From Callorhinchus milii (taxonomy: Eukaryota): a stretch of DNA of 64,000 nt. The notes under the pieces were generated by a model. The model had not been told where the DNA came from, made no database searches, and saw nothing but the letters and a program-made list of their open reading frames with translations. Below, in pieces: positions 1 through 12,778 of the stretch; within the stretch, counting starts at the first letter, position 1, and each line of letters opens with the position of its first letter. The stretch lies in contig NW_024704742.1 of NCBI RefSeq assembly GCF_018977255.1, positions 9,364,001 through 9,428,000 of the forward strand, given 5' to 3'. A program made the position numbers and the translations under genes.

Positions 1-240
1 CCCACCCTTTGGAACTCCATCCCACAATCCCTTCACCTTTCTCCCTCTCTTAACTCCTTCAAGACATGACTCAAGTCCCTCCTTTTTGACCTTGCCTTCA
101 GTCGCCCTCCTACCCCATCTCCCCCCCCTCATTCCCCCCATGCTCGGGACCTAATCCCTGACTGTTCAGCACCTTGGGACGTCCTCCCGACATGAAAAGC
201 GCTTTACAAATGTAATTTGTCATTGTTGTATTATTATTAT
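1..240 (+). mobile_element. L2 LINE 3' end, cut by the window edge
   Basis: C-rich 3' region ending cttgggacgtcctcccgacatgaaaagcgctttacaaatg plus (TTG/TTA)n, like other L2 ends here. Confidence 0.8.
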
Positions 241-591
241 TATAAGGTGCTATATCAAATTCAATGATTATTATTATTATCTTTGCCCACCCCACTTTTC
301 TGCTCACCCCAACTTGATGCAAACCTAAGGGACAAGGGGATTAATAGGGCATATAAGAGGGAGGAAGGTGGGAGTTTGTGTGGTGTGTAAACATCAAGAT
401 GGACGAGTTAGGCTAAATGGCCTCTTTCTGTGCTGTATCACTCTGTGTAAATTCCTCACTAACTGTCGATTTACACCTTCACTGTTTCATGCAGATCTCA
501 GGTATAATACACCTTGTACACCAGTCAGAATGCACCTTGAATATTATATACAGTTCTAGTCACTGTGACATAAGGGGGCTGCCCAGGACAA

Positions 592-660
592 CAACAAAAA
601 CAACAACGAAATTATATTTATAGAGCGCCTTTCACGTCAGGAGGACGTCCAAAGCGCTGG
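592..660 (-). mobile_element. L2 3' tail fragment
   Basis: (CAA)n followed by the reverse complement of the L2 tail stem-loop. Confidence 0.7.
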
Positions 661-664
661 AAGG

Positions 665-1230
665 ATCTAGATGTTGTGCAGAGGAGAGCAATGAGGATAA
701 AGCCCCGAATGTCTCGGGAGCTAAACTGTGGGGTCAAACCAGTGGAGGTAAGGATCAACAGTTTTAGAGGAATGAACTGTGAACAACAATTAGACAAGCT
801 CGGGCTCTTCAATCGTAAAACAAGACAACTCAGACAGGATCTCATAGAGATGTACAAAATAGGAATTGTAAGAATAAACCTACATCAATACTTTAGAATG
901 CATCAAGGCAATACAAAATTACATTTATATAGCACCTTTCACATCTGGAGGACGACCCAAGGCACTGAGCAGTCGGGATTTAGATTGTCGAACAAGAGGA
1001 TGTAGGTTTAGATTTATCAAGGACAATTTCAGGACAGAGACCTGGAAGTTCTTCTGTATGCTGAAGGTAACCAATGAGTGGAACAGATAGCCAGAAAAGA
1101 CACTGGGTTCATTAAAAAAGCAGCTTGACGCAGTGGTAGGGTGGACAGTAGGTTGGGTGTTCTGAAAGGATGAGATCAGATGGGCCGAAGGGCCTTCTTC
1201 ATCCAGACCAATCTTCTTGTGATCTTGTGA
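665..1230 (+). mobile_element. CR1 LINE 3' fragment with (GATCTTGT)n tail; L2 tail inserted at ~910-980 (-)
   Basis: Translates VQRRAMR...LDKLGLFN..RQLRQDLIEMYKI (CR1 ORF2 C-terminus); ends cttgtgatcttgtga. Confidence 0.75.
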
Positions 1231-1464
1231 ATATTTTGATTTGAACAGGTTATATTGTGCTGCATCTCTGTTGGAAACTAGCTCCAGGCATCGTCTAAGT
1301 TAAATGTTTTTGAGAAGGCAACTGACAGCTTGTTCAACAGAGGAATGAGAGTGTCTCTTATTGCAGTTTAATACCCATGTTTCAAAGACTCTCGTATTCC
1401 TCGGAATTTGAATTCAATGTAACACTTTCTGTTGCATAATTTGCAAATAGATCTATTACAAATG

Positions 1465-1504
1465 ATTATTCAAATACTCAATTTGTATTGAGTATTTGAA
1501 TAAT
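1465..1504. repeat. Perfect 18-bp inverted repeat, 4-nt spacer
   Basis: attattcaaatactcaat-ttgt-attgagtatttgaataat. Confidence 0.95.
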
Positions 1505-2044
1505 ACTAAAATACTATGGGAAAAGACACTCGCCATTAATGAGGAAACCCCTTTTTGTTTTATGAGATGTGGACTTGTTTCATGTAGACATCGAGTGGGC
1601 TTTTAAAATTTGTTTTATTCATTATGATTTTATGTTTGACATTTCTGGGTTTTTAGATAATGCGAGTAACTCACCAGGGCTCTCGTTTCTATCAGTGCAG
1701 GCTTCTATCTGGTTTCTATATTCCATTCACACTCCAGCATGTCTCTCGTGCCCTTTGTTCCACCATTGGTGACTGTGCTTTAGTAGGGTGGGTGGTATTA
1801 GGGTGGGTGGTAGTAGCGTGGGTGTTAAGGAAGGATAAGATCAGATAAGAGGGCCTTCTTCATCCAGACTGATTTTGTGATCTTCTGTAAATTACAGAGA
1901 GTAACAACTTTGTACAGAGAATTGATGATGTTTGCTCATGACTAAATGTTCTTGTTTGTTAAGCAACTGAAGTGCTGATTGGGTTTTAGGCTGTGGAATG
2001 CCTCTCTTCTGATGATCAGTCAGTAAGTGTGGCTTTGCCAGAAT

Positions 2045-2376
2045 GATAATAATAATAATAATAATCCTTGCATTTGATATTGCACCTTATCACGTCTTCG
2101 AGATGTCTCAAAGCGCTTCACAGAATATACTGTAAAGTGAATTGACTGGCAGCCAATTGGTTACAGCAGTGTCCCACAAACAGTCGTGGATTATTATTGA
2201 GTGACCCAAATTATTATTTTTTGTAAGGTGCTATTACGCCCAGAAAGTGATCCACCAATCGACTAACAACCAGGTTCTTGCTTACTGCTATGTAAACAGA
2301 GACATGCGGAGTAAGGAAACTTGCCCAGCATTTCGCTTGGCCGGGATTCAAACCCAGATCCTCTCGATTGGAAGGC
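2045..2376 (-). mobile_element. tRNA-derived SINE, long subfamily (SINE2-1_CM-like)
   Basis: (ATT)n tail, tail hairpin, Deu-like core, B-box; 5' end truncated. Confidence 0.85.
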
Positions 2377-2718
2377 ATACGAAGCAATGCCTGTGTACTT
2401 AGTGGAGGTGTTTGTGCATACACTAGTTTGCTTATTGTTTTTGTGAGTAATTTGGTCAACTTTTCAGGTTCAGTAAAATGGAAAGGCTTTTCCCCCAAAA
2501 CAACTGGAATTATTTCCTTACATATCTCAGGGTCAAAATCCACAGTGGTTTTCCAGCAACATCAGAAGGCATTCCAGAAGAAATCTAATCCAGGAGCAAA
2601 ACAAGGTAATATCAGACACTTACCACAAACCTTTCAGATTGGGACAAAATGAGGGATCAAGGGAACGGTGGGGTTGGGTGGGGGCATAGAATCAAAGGAG
2701 GTGTAAATAAATTAATAC

Positions 2719-3102
2719 AATCCTTGCTTTGATATAGAACCTTTCACATCAGGAAGACATCACAAAGTGTTTCACAGGATATACTGTAAAGTGACTGTGT
2801 GTTTTGTAAGTGAACTCAGCAGCCAATATGCTCACAGCAACATCCCATTAACAGAGGATTGTGTCCAGGACACTGGGAAATACTTCCTTCCCTTTTTGAA
2901 TAGTGCCAGGGGATCTTTAATGTTCACCTGATCAGGCAGATGGGACCTCAGTTTAACGTCTCACCTGAAGGCCGGCACCTGCAACAATGCAGCGCTACCC
3001 CAGCCCTGTATTGGAGTGTCAGACTAGACTACATGTGTTCAAAGTCCTGATTTGGGGCTTGAACCTACAACTTTAGAGGCGAGAGTGCTATTAAGTGAGC
3101 CA
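2719..3102 (-). mobile_element. Older Deu-domain SINE (SacSINE1/AmnSINE-like)
   Basis: tRNA-like head, Deu core (aaagatcccctggcactattcaaaaag on minus), L2-type tail. Confidence 0.75.
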
Positions 3103-4538
3103 GACATGTGTGAGTGCCAGGAGACCCAATAGACTGACTGATTTGATTCAATGAAGAAACGGTGGTTCAACATTGTGGACTTTTCTTGTGTAGCACAAAG
3201 AAATCAATACAACAACCTGCTCAATTGACTGATGCAGCTGCTACCTCTAATGAATACAATTCCATGTGGTTGATGCCTCTTTTGATAAGTGCCCGAAAAC
3301 AGCCAGGAGAAGAGAAGTTGTTCAGGTTGTTACCTTCACTGCAACTGGCTTAGGCTCTGTTAACTGTTGAGTGACTTTCTAAGACCACCTGTAGTTCTGC
3401 ATGTCGATTGATAATGGTTTGCTGTTTGAGGCCCAAAGGGAGAACTGAGGGGAGATTAAAGCTGATCCATCGTAGTTGAGAATGTAGTATAATGAGAACA
3501 ACTAGATAAACTAAGTGCTCACCCAGGAAACAAACAGTGACTCCACTTTACAGTATATTCTGTGAAGCACTTTGGGACATCCTCCCGACATGAAAGGCAC
3601 GATACCAAATGTAAGGATTATTGTTACTTCTGATACAAAATTTAAAGGGATCTTGGCTGTCACTCATTACTGTGTTAATAAGAGCTTTCTGTGACTCTTT
3701 TAACCTTTCTCCTATCCAACAATTTGGCCCTTAAAAATTTAATAAGGACTAACGTCAGACATCAAAGCACTTTGAGTATGTTTGCCCTTGTGTTCTGCTT
3801 GGGAGCTGAACTGGCTTTTTCAAGTGAAAGTCCTCAAAGACGGTTCAGTGGCTTAAATTAAATAATATGACATCTCTTTGAGGTTGCTTTTGGAATTTTC
3901 ATAATCGATCAGGGGAAATCAAAGAATAAAGGAAATCACGGTTAAAAAAAGTGACGATAGTCATAAGAAGTCATTCCCCCTGCCTTTCACACAGAATATT
4001 ATTATTAATATCTGGAAAGGCCAGAGTTCACCTTGACTGGAAGGCATACATTTTATGATGTGTGCGTTGTAAAGTACCAGCCTTACTTAATAAAGAGTTT
4101 CATGCTGTAGTGTCTTATGACATGAAGGGGGGTATACCAAATGTAAGGATTATTATTAAATGGTTTGGGGAGATGGTAGGATGTATACTATGGAAGGATG
4201 AGATCAAAGAGACCAATGGGCCTTTTTCATCCAATCATGTTACATAGTCTGAAATGCTTGTAACTATTGTTTGTCTAATTGAACTGAGAATAGAAAGCTG
4301 CTTCGTTCCAGAAAAGTCCACCTCTTTCTGTCTCTGCACTTTCTCTGTGTGTCAGCACATTGTTCTCTCACATTCCCTCCTCATTCTTCTGCTTGTGGAA
4401 GTCATATTCTGACAGGTGAATGATTACACCATTGTTTCTGCAGGGAGATCAGATTATTTTGAGTGCTTCAGGGATTTGCTTTTTTTTAAAAGGATGTTGT
4501 ACACCAGAGTACACTTTCAGTTGTATTTGTTCCTCCAA

Positions 4539-4915
4539 GTAATAATAATACTATTCCTTGCATTTGATATAGTGCCTTATCATGTCTTCGAGATGTCTCA
4601 AAGCGCTTCACAGAATATACTGTCAAGTGAATTGACTGTATATTTTGTCGGTGAAATGTGGCAGATCAATTGTCCCACAAACAGTTGTGGATTGAGTAAT
4701 CAAATTATTATTATTTAATTTTTTTTGGAAGGAATTATTACCCCCGGAAATGCAATCCGCCAATCGACTATCAACCAAGTTTCTACTTACTGGCTAGGTA
4801 AACAGAGGCGTGTGGAGTAAGGAAACTTGCCCAACATTTCGTCCTGCTGGGAATCAAACCCAGTTCCTCGTGCTTGCAAGGCGAATGCTCTAACCACTAA
4901 GCCACAAGACACAAG
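4539..4915 (-). mobile_element. tRNA-derived SINE, long subfamily
   Basis: Near full length; A/B boxes, internal ctctgtttacctagc segment, (ATT)n tail. Confidence 0.9.
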
Positions 4916-6411
4916 ACCCCACAGTAGAGAAGTACAGAAATATCGCATTCAGAATGCAATACAAAACCAGAAGCACTGACCCAATGCAAAATTCCATGAA
5001 TGCCATTTGGCACAGGAAAATAGATGGACATTATTACATAAGGGGAAATGGGGGATCATCATCAGAAAATGGTCTGGAGAAGCGTTTGTCATTCAATATA
5101 CGAAGCTGACAATGCCACTTTTTCTCTCCACTAGATTAAATCTGATGATTAATTAGAAGTATCATTATCCCGTTAGTGAGGTAGTGGCAAGTGAGGTAGT
5201 GGTGTTACAAGTTGCGTGATTGTTAATACAACTAGCGCACATAGGTTCAATTGGATTTAATAGGAAATTAAACGGGACTTGGGCAGATGTACAATCTAGG
5301 CAATTATACGATTCATACCGATCAGATTTTATGTGAGTTTTACTGTAGTCAAAACCACTTTACAGTATATCCTGTGAAGTGGTTTGAGACGTCTCTACCA
5401 TGTGAGAAGGCGCTACATCAAATGCAAGGATTATTATTATTCCCTAGGGAAGCATCATGCTGGATTCAATCCTATGCCATCTTGTACACATCACCTACAG
5501 TACAACATGTCAAAGCACTTTTATGGAATCAGATCAATTTGAATTTGTCTCAGCACCATCCTTCAAAGGAAGTACGTTTACTCCTGGATCAGGAGGATGA
5601 GGGTTCAAGCCCCATGTTTGGAATTTTGAGTCTTTGCTCCAGAAACCTGCATTGGTGGAATCAACAAGCATGCTTGCAAAAGAGAATAAACTGATACTTG
5701 GGGAATATTGATATTAAAGAGTACCCAAGGCATTGCGATTAAAAGACCTGTCAAGATCTGATAAAATGGTGGAACAGGTTTTATGGGCTGAATGACCACC
5801 TCCTATTCCTGTTTTCTTATGTTCCTAACATGTGGTGATTCATAATGAGAATCAGTAATAATATTTCTGAGTCCCAAATAGCTTCCTTCCAGGAATCAGA
5901 CATATCCTCGTCCTACCTATATCAAGTTGACAATACCACTTTCTCCCAACTGGAATAACTCCAGCGATGAAGTAGAAAAATCATTATCCTAGATTTGTCA
6001 ATAAAACGCTGAATATTAACTCAGGCTAGAATTTTCCAGCATCTGTTGTTTTATAAGATGTCAGAAAACCCATTGACTAATGACTATTGTAAACCAAACC
6101 TGTTGGTAAGTTTTTGCCACTAGTTTCTGTGATTTACGGACACCATGAATTTTTTAGGGACTGATTTATTCGATTGGTTTCAGAATTCCCTGATTTTGTG
6201 GACAATAAAGTGATGAAGCCATTTTTCACTGCGATTTACCACAACCTCAACTCAACCTGTGAATTTATTTAAAAAATACCAGAAATGGTCAACGTACTTT
6301 TACTGCTTTACTGCATAGTGGTGGTGGGATCTGGCTTGCAGTTGTTTGTAACTAGGAATAGTTAATATTGATTATCTGGTCCCACACAGGCAATCTTACT
6401 GGAAACTGACG

Positions 6412-6766
6412 TAATAATATTCCTTGCTTTTGATATAGCACCTGATCACATCTTTGAGACGTCTCAAAGCACTTTACAAAATATACTGTAAAGTGAATTG
6501 ACTGTATATTTTCTGGGCGAAATGCGGCAGCCAATTGCTTGCAGCAATGTCCCAAAAATAGTCATGGATTGAGTGACCAATTTATTATTATTATTCTTTT
6601 TTGAAGGAATCCGTCAATTGACGAACAACCAGGTTCCTACTTACTGCTAGGTAAACAGAGGTGTGTGGAATAAGGAAATTTGCCCCACATTTCGCCCTGC
6701 CAGGAATCAAACCCACGTCTCTCATTTGTTAGGCGAGTGCTCTATCCACTGAGCTACAGGACTCCA
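6412..6766 (-). mobile_element. tRNA-derived SINE, long subfamily
   Basis: Starts tggagtcctgtagctcagtgg on minus; full body and tail. Confidence 0.9.
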
Positions 6767-7269
6767 TGATGTACAATCATGTCATACATTTGGATCTCCA
6801 CCTCTGATCCCACTGGAAGTGGATTGTGGTGTTATCACAAGCAGTTGTGATGTACTTATTGTTATTGGCAGGGATCTGTTTGTGGGACACTGCTGTACTC
6901 AATTGGCTGCGTATTTTGGCCACAAAATATACAGTCAATTCACTTTACAGTATATTCTGTGAAGGGCTTTGAGACATCTCAATGACGTGATAAGATGCTA
7001 TATCAAAAGATTATTGTTATTCTAATAAGGTTTGGAATGAGGGAAAAGTCAGACTGCTCTCATTCTAAACCCTGCTGAAATAAATTCACAGGGTGAGGTG
7101 ATGTCATGGTAAAGTTCTAGATGACCAAACGTGCAGTCAAAGTGGCAGATCTTGAACTGGAGCTTGCTGCAATATTGGAAAGGTATTTGGCAAAGTTCTT
7201 GTTTGTTGCCAGGGAGCAACTGCTACAAAATGGTTTGGATCATTGTGTTGTGAAACAAGTTTGCCCAAC

Positions 7270-7690
7270 ATTTTATCCAGTTATAGCCAGACTCCACTGG
7301 CTCCCTATCGCCGAACGTATCAATTTCAAGATCCTCACACTCGTTTTCAAATCCCTGCATGCCCTTGCATCTCCCTAGATCAGCTTATCCCCCAGCCTGC
7401 TGCCTCCGCTCAACTGGCTCTGGCCTTCTGCATGTCCTTTATGACCTCCGTTACACAATTCATGGCTGTGCTTTCAGCCACTACGCCTCCAAACTCTGGA
7501 ACACTCTCCTTCTATCCCTCCGCCTTGTCCCTTCCTTCCCCATCTTCAGGTCGCACCTGGTGACCTTCAAATATTTGATCGTGCCTACGGTCACCTCCCC
7601 CTCCCCCCGGCTCGGCGTCCTGCTTTGCCTCCGTCAAGCACTCTGGGATGGCTACCCTTGTGAGGGGCGCTATATAAATTGTTGTTGTTG
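7270..7690 (+). mobile_element. L2 LINE 3' end
   Basis: PVIARLHWLPIAERINFKILTLVFKSLH (L2 ORF2 C-terminal motif), then gggcgctatataaattgttgttg tail. Confidence 0.9.
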
Positions 7691-8539
7691 AAAACCACGA
7701 CCCTTTTAAAAAGGTCATATAAATGGCACAGCTACTTTGGGGAGTTCACTGTATTTCACAAACACATACTCAAGTATTCACTCAGCAAATGCAGGTGAGA
7801 TGCTTGAAATAAGCCACCTCTGCTTTCCAAGCGCTCCAGAGACTATGCTGCAAAGGTGCTCAGGGCAGCAGTTCAATTCATCTTTAAGTATAAATAGCCA
7901 ATATTCTTCAATTATTAAAATATATATATACTGTTATGTCCCCCCAACAGATGTCTCCCTGGTGCTTCATAATTCATATCACATAAAGGACAGGAAACTA
8001 AAACAGTGGCCCTAAAAGAGACCTAATCGTATTCAAAGTATTCAATTATTATGCACTAATGAGTCTTGAATAAACTATCAGGAAATTGAATTATCATTCT
8101 ATCTATATTTACGGCAGAGAGTCAAAAGAATTGGAAATCAACGATATGAGTTAGCACATTAAAATGAATCTCTGATTAAAATTCTAATTAGGAAGCATGA
8201 ATAAAGTATGAGACGAGAAAGGACCCTTAATACTGTTTGGCTCAGCACCGTGGGGAGTGTTTTATGAACGATCATTCACAGTGAATGTGACCCTTGTGGG
8301 AAGGAGAAGGCTTTTGCAATCCATTACAATAATCAGTTCTAGGACTGATGATATTTCTGTATTACAAAGGGAATATTGCCTGTATCAATAATAGGCAGCT
8401 GTTTGCAAATCGATAGGGTTAAACTCAGGAAAACCTCACTTGTGCTCATTTGTAGAACCCTGGTCAAGCCACATTTGGTTTGGATGCACCTTGTTTTCAA
8501 GAGTATTGAATCAATGGAACAGGGAAGAGAAGAGCAATA

Positions 8540-8735
8540 TTAATAATAATTCTTGCATTTGATATAGCGCTGTATCACTGTCTTCAAGACGTCTCAAAGT
8601 GCTTCACAGAATATACTGTAAAGTGAAGTAACTGCGTATTTTGTGGGCGAAACACGGCAGCCAATTGCGCACAACATTGTCCAACAAACAATCGTGGATT
8701 GAAGTGAACAATTTATTTTTATTATTTTTTTCAAA
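8540..8735 (-). mobile_element. tRNA-derived SINE, 3' half
   Basis: Tail and Deu-like core, no head. Confidence 0.8.
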
Positions 8736-8787
8736 GGATTCTGTGTGTTTTGAGCTCTATTTTATGAGAGATTTTGAGCTCTGACCT

Positions 8788-9365
8788 ATCACAAGATCAC
8801 AAAGGTTTGAGTGAAGGAAACCATTTGGCCAACTTGATCCCAGAATAGACGTGTTCCTATTGCAATATTGAGCTATGTTTTTTAAACAAGTCCAACATCC
8901 TGGTCTCAACCACCCTTCCTGACAACCTGTTCTAGTTATTGATTACCCTGTGGGGAAAGAAAAACTCTTTGGTGTCCGTCCTGAAATCGCTCTTTGGCAA
9001 TTCGAAACCTGTGTCTCTTTTTCTGATGTCTCAGTGCTTCTGAAAGTATTGTTCATAGCTTACCTTCTCAATTTCAATTTAGTATCTTACACATCTCTAC
9101 GTCCCCTCTGAGATATATTTTGTCAATTCTGAAAAGCCTGAGCTTGTCTAGTCATTGCCTCATAGCTCATTCCTCTGACACTGGGGCGCATCTATTTTGC
9201 TCTACTCTACACTACCTCTAGGCCCTTAGTCATAGGAATCATAACTATATACAGCATTCCTTGGGTAGCTGACCAGAGCACTACACATCTTGATGTCTGA
9301 AGAACTGAACTCAACTGATTTAGCAATATAGCCCAGCACGCTGTTTGCTCTTTCCACAGTCCTCT
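8788..9365 (-). mobile_element. Decayed CR1 3' fragment, (GATCTTGT)n family
   Basis: atcacaagatcacaa terminus and decayed ORF2 C-terminal sequence. Confidence 0.6.
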
Positions 9366-9415
9366 CCTTTGCTTCATCATCTATTTGCTTCCTTTGGTGA
9401 TGCCATCTGTAGAAA

Positions 9416-9733
9416 TGGAGTCCTGTCGATCAGTGGTTAGTGCACTCGCCTCGCAAACGAGAAGACCTGGATTCAATTCCTGGCAGAGCGAAACATTGGG
9501 CACGTTTCTAGGCTGTTAGTCAATTGGCAGATCTCTTTTCTGGGGGTAATAATCCCTTTTAAAAAAAAATCCACGACTGTTTGTGGGACACTGCTGTGCA
9601 CAATTGGCTGCTGCGTATCGCCCACAAAATATACACTATATATACACACTTTACAGTATATTCTGTGAAATACTTTGAGATGTCTCACAGACGTAATAAG
9701 GCGCTATGTCAAATGTTAAGAATATTATTATTA
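9416..9733 (+). mobile_element. tRNA-derived SINE
   Basis: tggagtcctg head, B-box, core, tail. Confidence 0.85.
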
Positions 9734-9734
9734 T

Positions 9735-9905
9735 GACACTATCCGCCGCTACTCATTTATCTCAATTAAACCTTCATCACATCTAGGCTCCAAGATTCAA
9801 ACAGCTCGCTTGTCGGACTCCCCAACTCCTTCCTACACAAGCTGCAGACCATTGATAAGACTGCAGCTCATGTCCTCTCCTGCAGCAGACTACACAGGTC
9901 ACTCA
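9735..9905 (+). mobile_element. L2 ORF2 internal fragment
   Basis: Similar to the L2 segment at ~20170-20320 (AFITLRLDYTNSLL region). Confidence 0.65.
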
Positions 9906-9909
9906 CCCA

Positions 9910-10330
9910 CACTCCAGTGCAGTACTGGGGGAATGCTGCATTGTTGGAGATGCCGTCCTTTGGAGGAGACTTTGAAATGAGCCTGTCTGTCCAGGAGGAT
10001 GCTAAAGATACTACGGCACGACTTGAAAAGAGGAACAATTTTCTCCTGTTGTCCTGGCCAACATTCCCCCCGCATCTCCACCCCCCCCCACCCACTACCA
10101 AGTAAAATTGGTCATTCACATCATCGCTGTTTGTGCGGATACTGCTGCGTGCTTATTGGCTGCCGCATTCACCTACAAAATACACAGTCACTACACTTTA
10201 CAGTATACCCTGGGAAGTGTTTTGAGAAGTACTCCCAACACTCCCTGCAGGCTTGTGTAGGAAGGAGTTGGGGAGTCCGACGAGCGAGCTGTTTGAATCG
10301 TGGAGTCCAGACTATCAATTGCAAAGATAA
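9910..10330 (+). mobile_element. Deu-domain SINE with an inverted templated insert at 10245-10311
   Basis: Deu core; tail interrupted and resuming at ctatcaattgcaaag. Confidence 0.7.
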
Positions 10331-11214
10331 CTGTAATATCTATTCTAAACCACTATTATTTAAACTCTTTATGGCAGCGGCTTTATCTTCACCATATAGT
10401 CAAATTACCTAGAAAATAGCAGTGTTTCCCATTTGATCTGTTCACATCTGCCTCTCAGTAACTTTTGCACTGCATTTGGTCATTTCTGAAAACTAGCAGC
10501 AGTCTTTCCATTGCAATAAATAGTATTCTGCCACAAGCGTCTGTTTTACAGAATAAAACGTACCATGAGATTTCAGCTTGTTTTGTTATCTTCTACATAA
10601 AGGTGCTATTTTCTGAGGATTTCTGGGTTGAGTTGATTGATTTTTTTTCCTTGTTGCTTTCATCTGCCTAATAATGCGATGAACTGCACAATTCTTCTCA
10701 AAGACCTTAATTAATGTGACTATTGCAAAAGCTGTGTGTCCTTCAGAAGCTCTTCTTAAATTGTTGAAAGGGAAGGGCGCAGAGTGTAATTACTTTTTGT
10801 GCAGACTTTCATTACTGTCTTCTGCCTTTGCAATGCCTCTCCCTGGAACATGTGTGTAAAAAAATAAAATAAAGAGAAAATTGAAGTTCAGAGTGAGAGG
10901 TTCATTTTCCATAACAGTCTTATTTAATGAGAAATGAGTATTTGGTTGTGGGAGGTGGGGGGATATAATAATAATAATAATTATCCTTGCATTTGATATA
11001 GCGCTTTTCACGTTGGGAGGACGTCCCAAAGCGCTTCACAGAACACACTGTAAAGTTAAGTGACTGCGGGGAGAGGAGGAAATACATTTCTTTGCAAGGC
11101 TTTCACGCTTGTTCCATTCTGTGAATGATTTGACGTTATCGAAATGTTGCTTGTGTTTGCTTGTCAGGGTTGTGCCTGTTGTACTTCTATTCAAATGGAA
11201 CCCAGTGTTCCAAC

Positions 11215-11530
11215 CAATTACCTACCCACTGTTTCCGTTCCACTGGCTCTGGCCTTCTCCTTGTCCCTCAAATCCTCTGTTCCACCATCAGCGGCCTTGC
11301 CTCTAGCCACTATGCCCCAAAGCGATGGAACTCCTTCCCATAATCCTTTCACCTTGCCCCCTCTTACTCCATTTTCAGGTTGTGCCTGAAAACCTTTCTG
11401 TTCGACTGTGCCTATTGTCACCTTCCCCATCTCCCTGGCACAGCATCGGACTCCATCATTATTAAGTGCTGTGGGACACTGCCCGGTGTGGAGAGCGCTA
11501 TATAAATAAAAGTTGTTGTTGATGATGATG
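11215..11530 (+). mobile_element. L2 3' end
   Basis: Decayed ORF2 end; agcgctatataaat...(TTG)n tail. Confidence 0.75.
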
Positions 11531-12544
11531 ATGGTCCTACCTGGACAAGCAGCTTGCTATGGCAGGTAATGCTATGTTTGCAATGCCAAGCTATGCTGTT
11601 ATAGCTGGTTAAACTTCAGCAGTACCCAACACACACACTATGGGATTCCAAGCCTTGGTTCTGTGTCAGCCTGGCTCAGTTGGTAGAACTCTCAGTTAGT
11701 AGCACTCTCGTTCTCCTGACCTGTTGCTGAGATGGATTTATGTCTAATCCCTATTCCTCAGGCCCACGCCCTTCAAGTGATTCATCTCCATGGGGTTCGC
11801 CTTTGCTGAAAGTCTTTACATTCAAGCATCTGGGCCCAGCAGGAGTGACCACTGCTTGACCGACTGTATCAGTGAGTGGAATTGACAGTACACCCTGCTC
11901 TGAGAGCTGGCACAGACACGATAGATCAAATGCCTCCTTGGTACTATGCATTTCAACGATTCTAGCATTTGTGGCCTGTAAGCAGAATCATTCAGACAGA
12001 ATTTTACAGCTCGTAGTCTGCAAAATCCCATGGATTACACTAATAATGTAGGAGGCATACATCTAAGAAGCCAATGTAGTAACTGTGTGTGTAAAATTGC
12101 ACTTTGCTTTTCACTGCCATGTTTTTCAGGCTATCATCAAATGCACCCACAGCGCTTCTCCTCTGAGTAAAATGGCTTCTTGTCACTACAGTAAAGATTC
12201 GATCGGCTGTTCAATGGCTGCACCTCTGGCTTTAACATCAATGGGAATCATAAACATTCCATTTAGTTGTGTACTTACAGCAACCATCGATTCCTTGCTT
12301 CTGATTCATTCTGATTGACAAGTCTACATTTCTTACACAGATGAATGCTCCTTTGCACTAGCTCTTCTAGTTAGTGAGAACAAGTCCTGTTTGTAGACAT
12401 GGGCAACTTGTTTAATGTTTCATAGCCATAATCCTTTTAAGTTTGACCACACTTTCTGTCATCGTTTCCCAACCACACCCTTCGGTACAAAGCACCTCTA
12501 ACAATGCAACACACTCCTAGCACTGCATTGCAGTGTCAGCCGAG

Positions 12545-12778
12545 ACTATTTTCACCCAGTGAGTTGTTCGGATCTGGAATGCATGGCCTGAAAGAATGGT
12601 GGGAATAGACTTGATAACAACTTTCAAGAGAGAAGTGGATAGATATTTGGGGAGGACAAATTTGCAAGGCTATGGGGAGAGAGAGCGGGGGTGTGGGATT
12701 AATTTGGGTAGCTCCTTCAAAGATCCAGCATGGGCACGATGGGCCGAATGCCCTCCTTCTGTGCTGTATAATTCTACG
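12545..12778 (+). mobile_element. CR1 3' end, (ATTCTATG)n family
   Basis: ITTFKREVDRYL; ends ccttctgtgctgtataattctac. Confidence 0.85.

Noticed and set aside
165..184. RE1 half-site ttcagcacc in an L2 tail
   Set aside because: Right half has several mismatches and wrong spacing
1781..1824. G-quadruplex-like gggtgggtggtattagggtggg
   Set aside because: Three-copy 15-bp expansion next to a CR1 tail fragment; no sign of function
5175..5213. let-7-like 22-mer tgaggtagtggtgttacaagtt; two CTACCTCA sites on minus
   Set aside because: No complementary 3' arm; the doubling is a 13-bp tandem duplication and no 3' UTR context is evident
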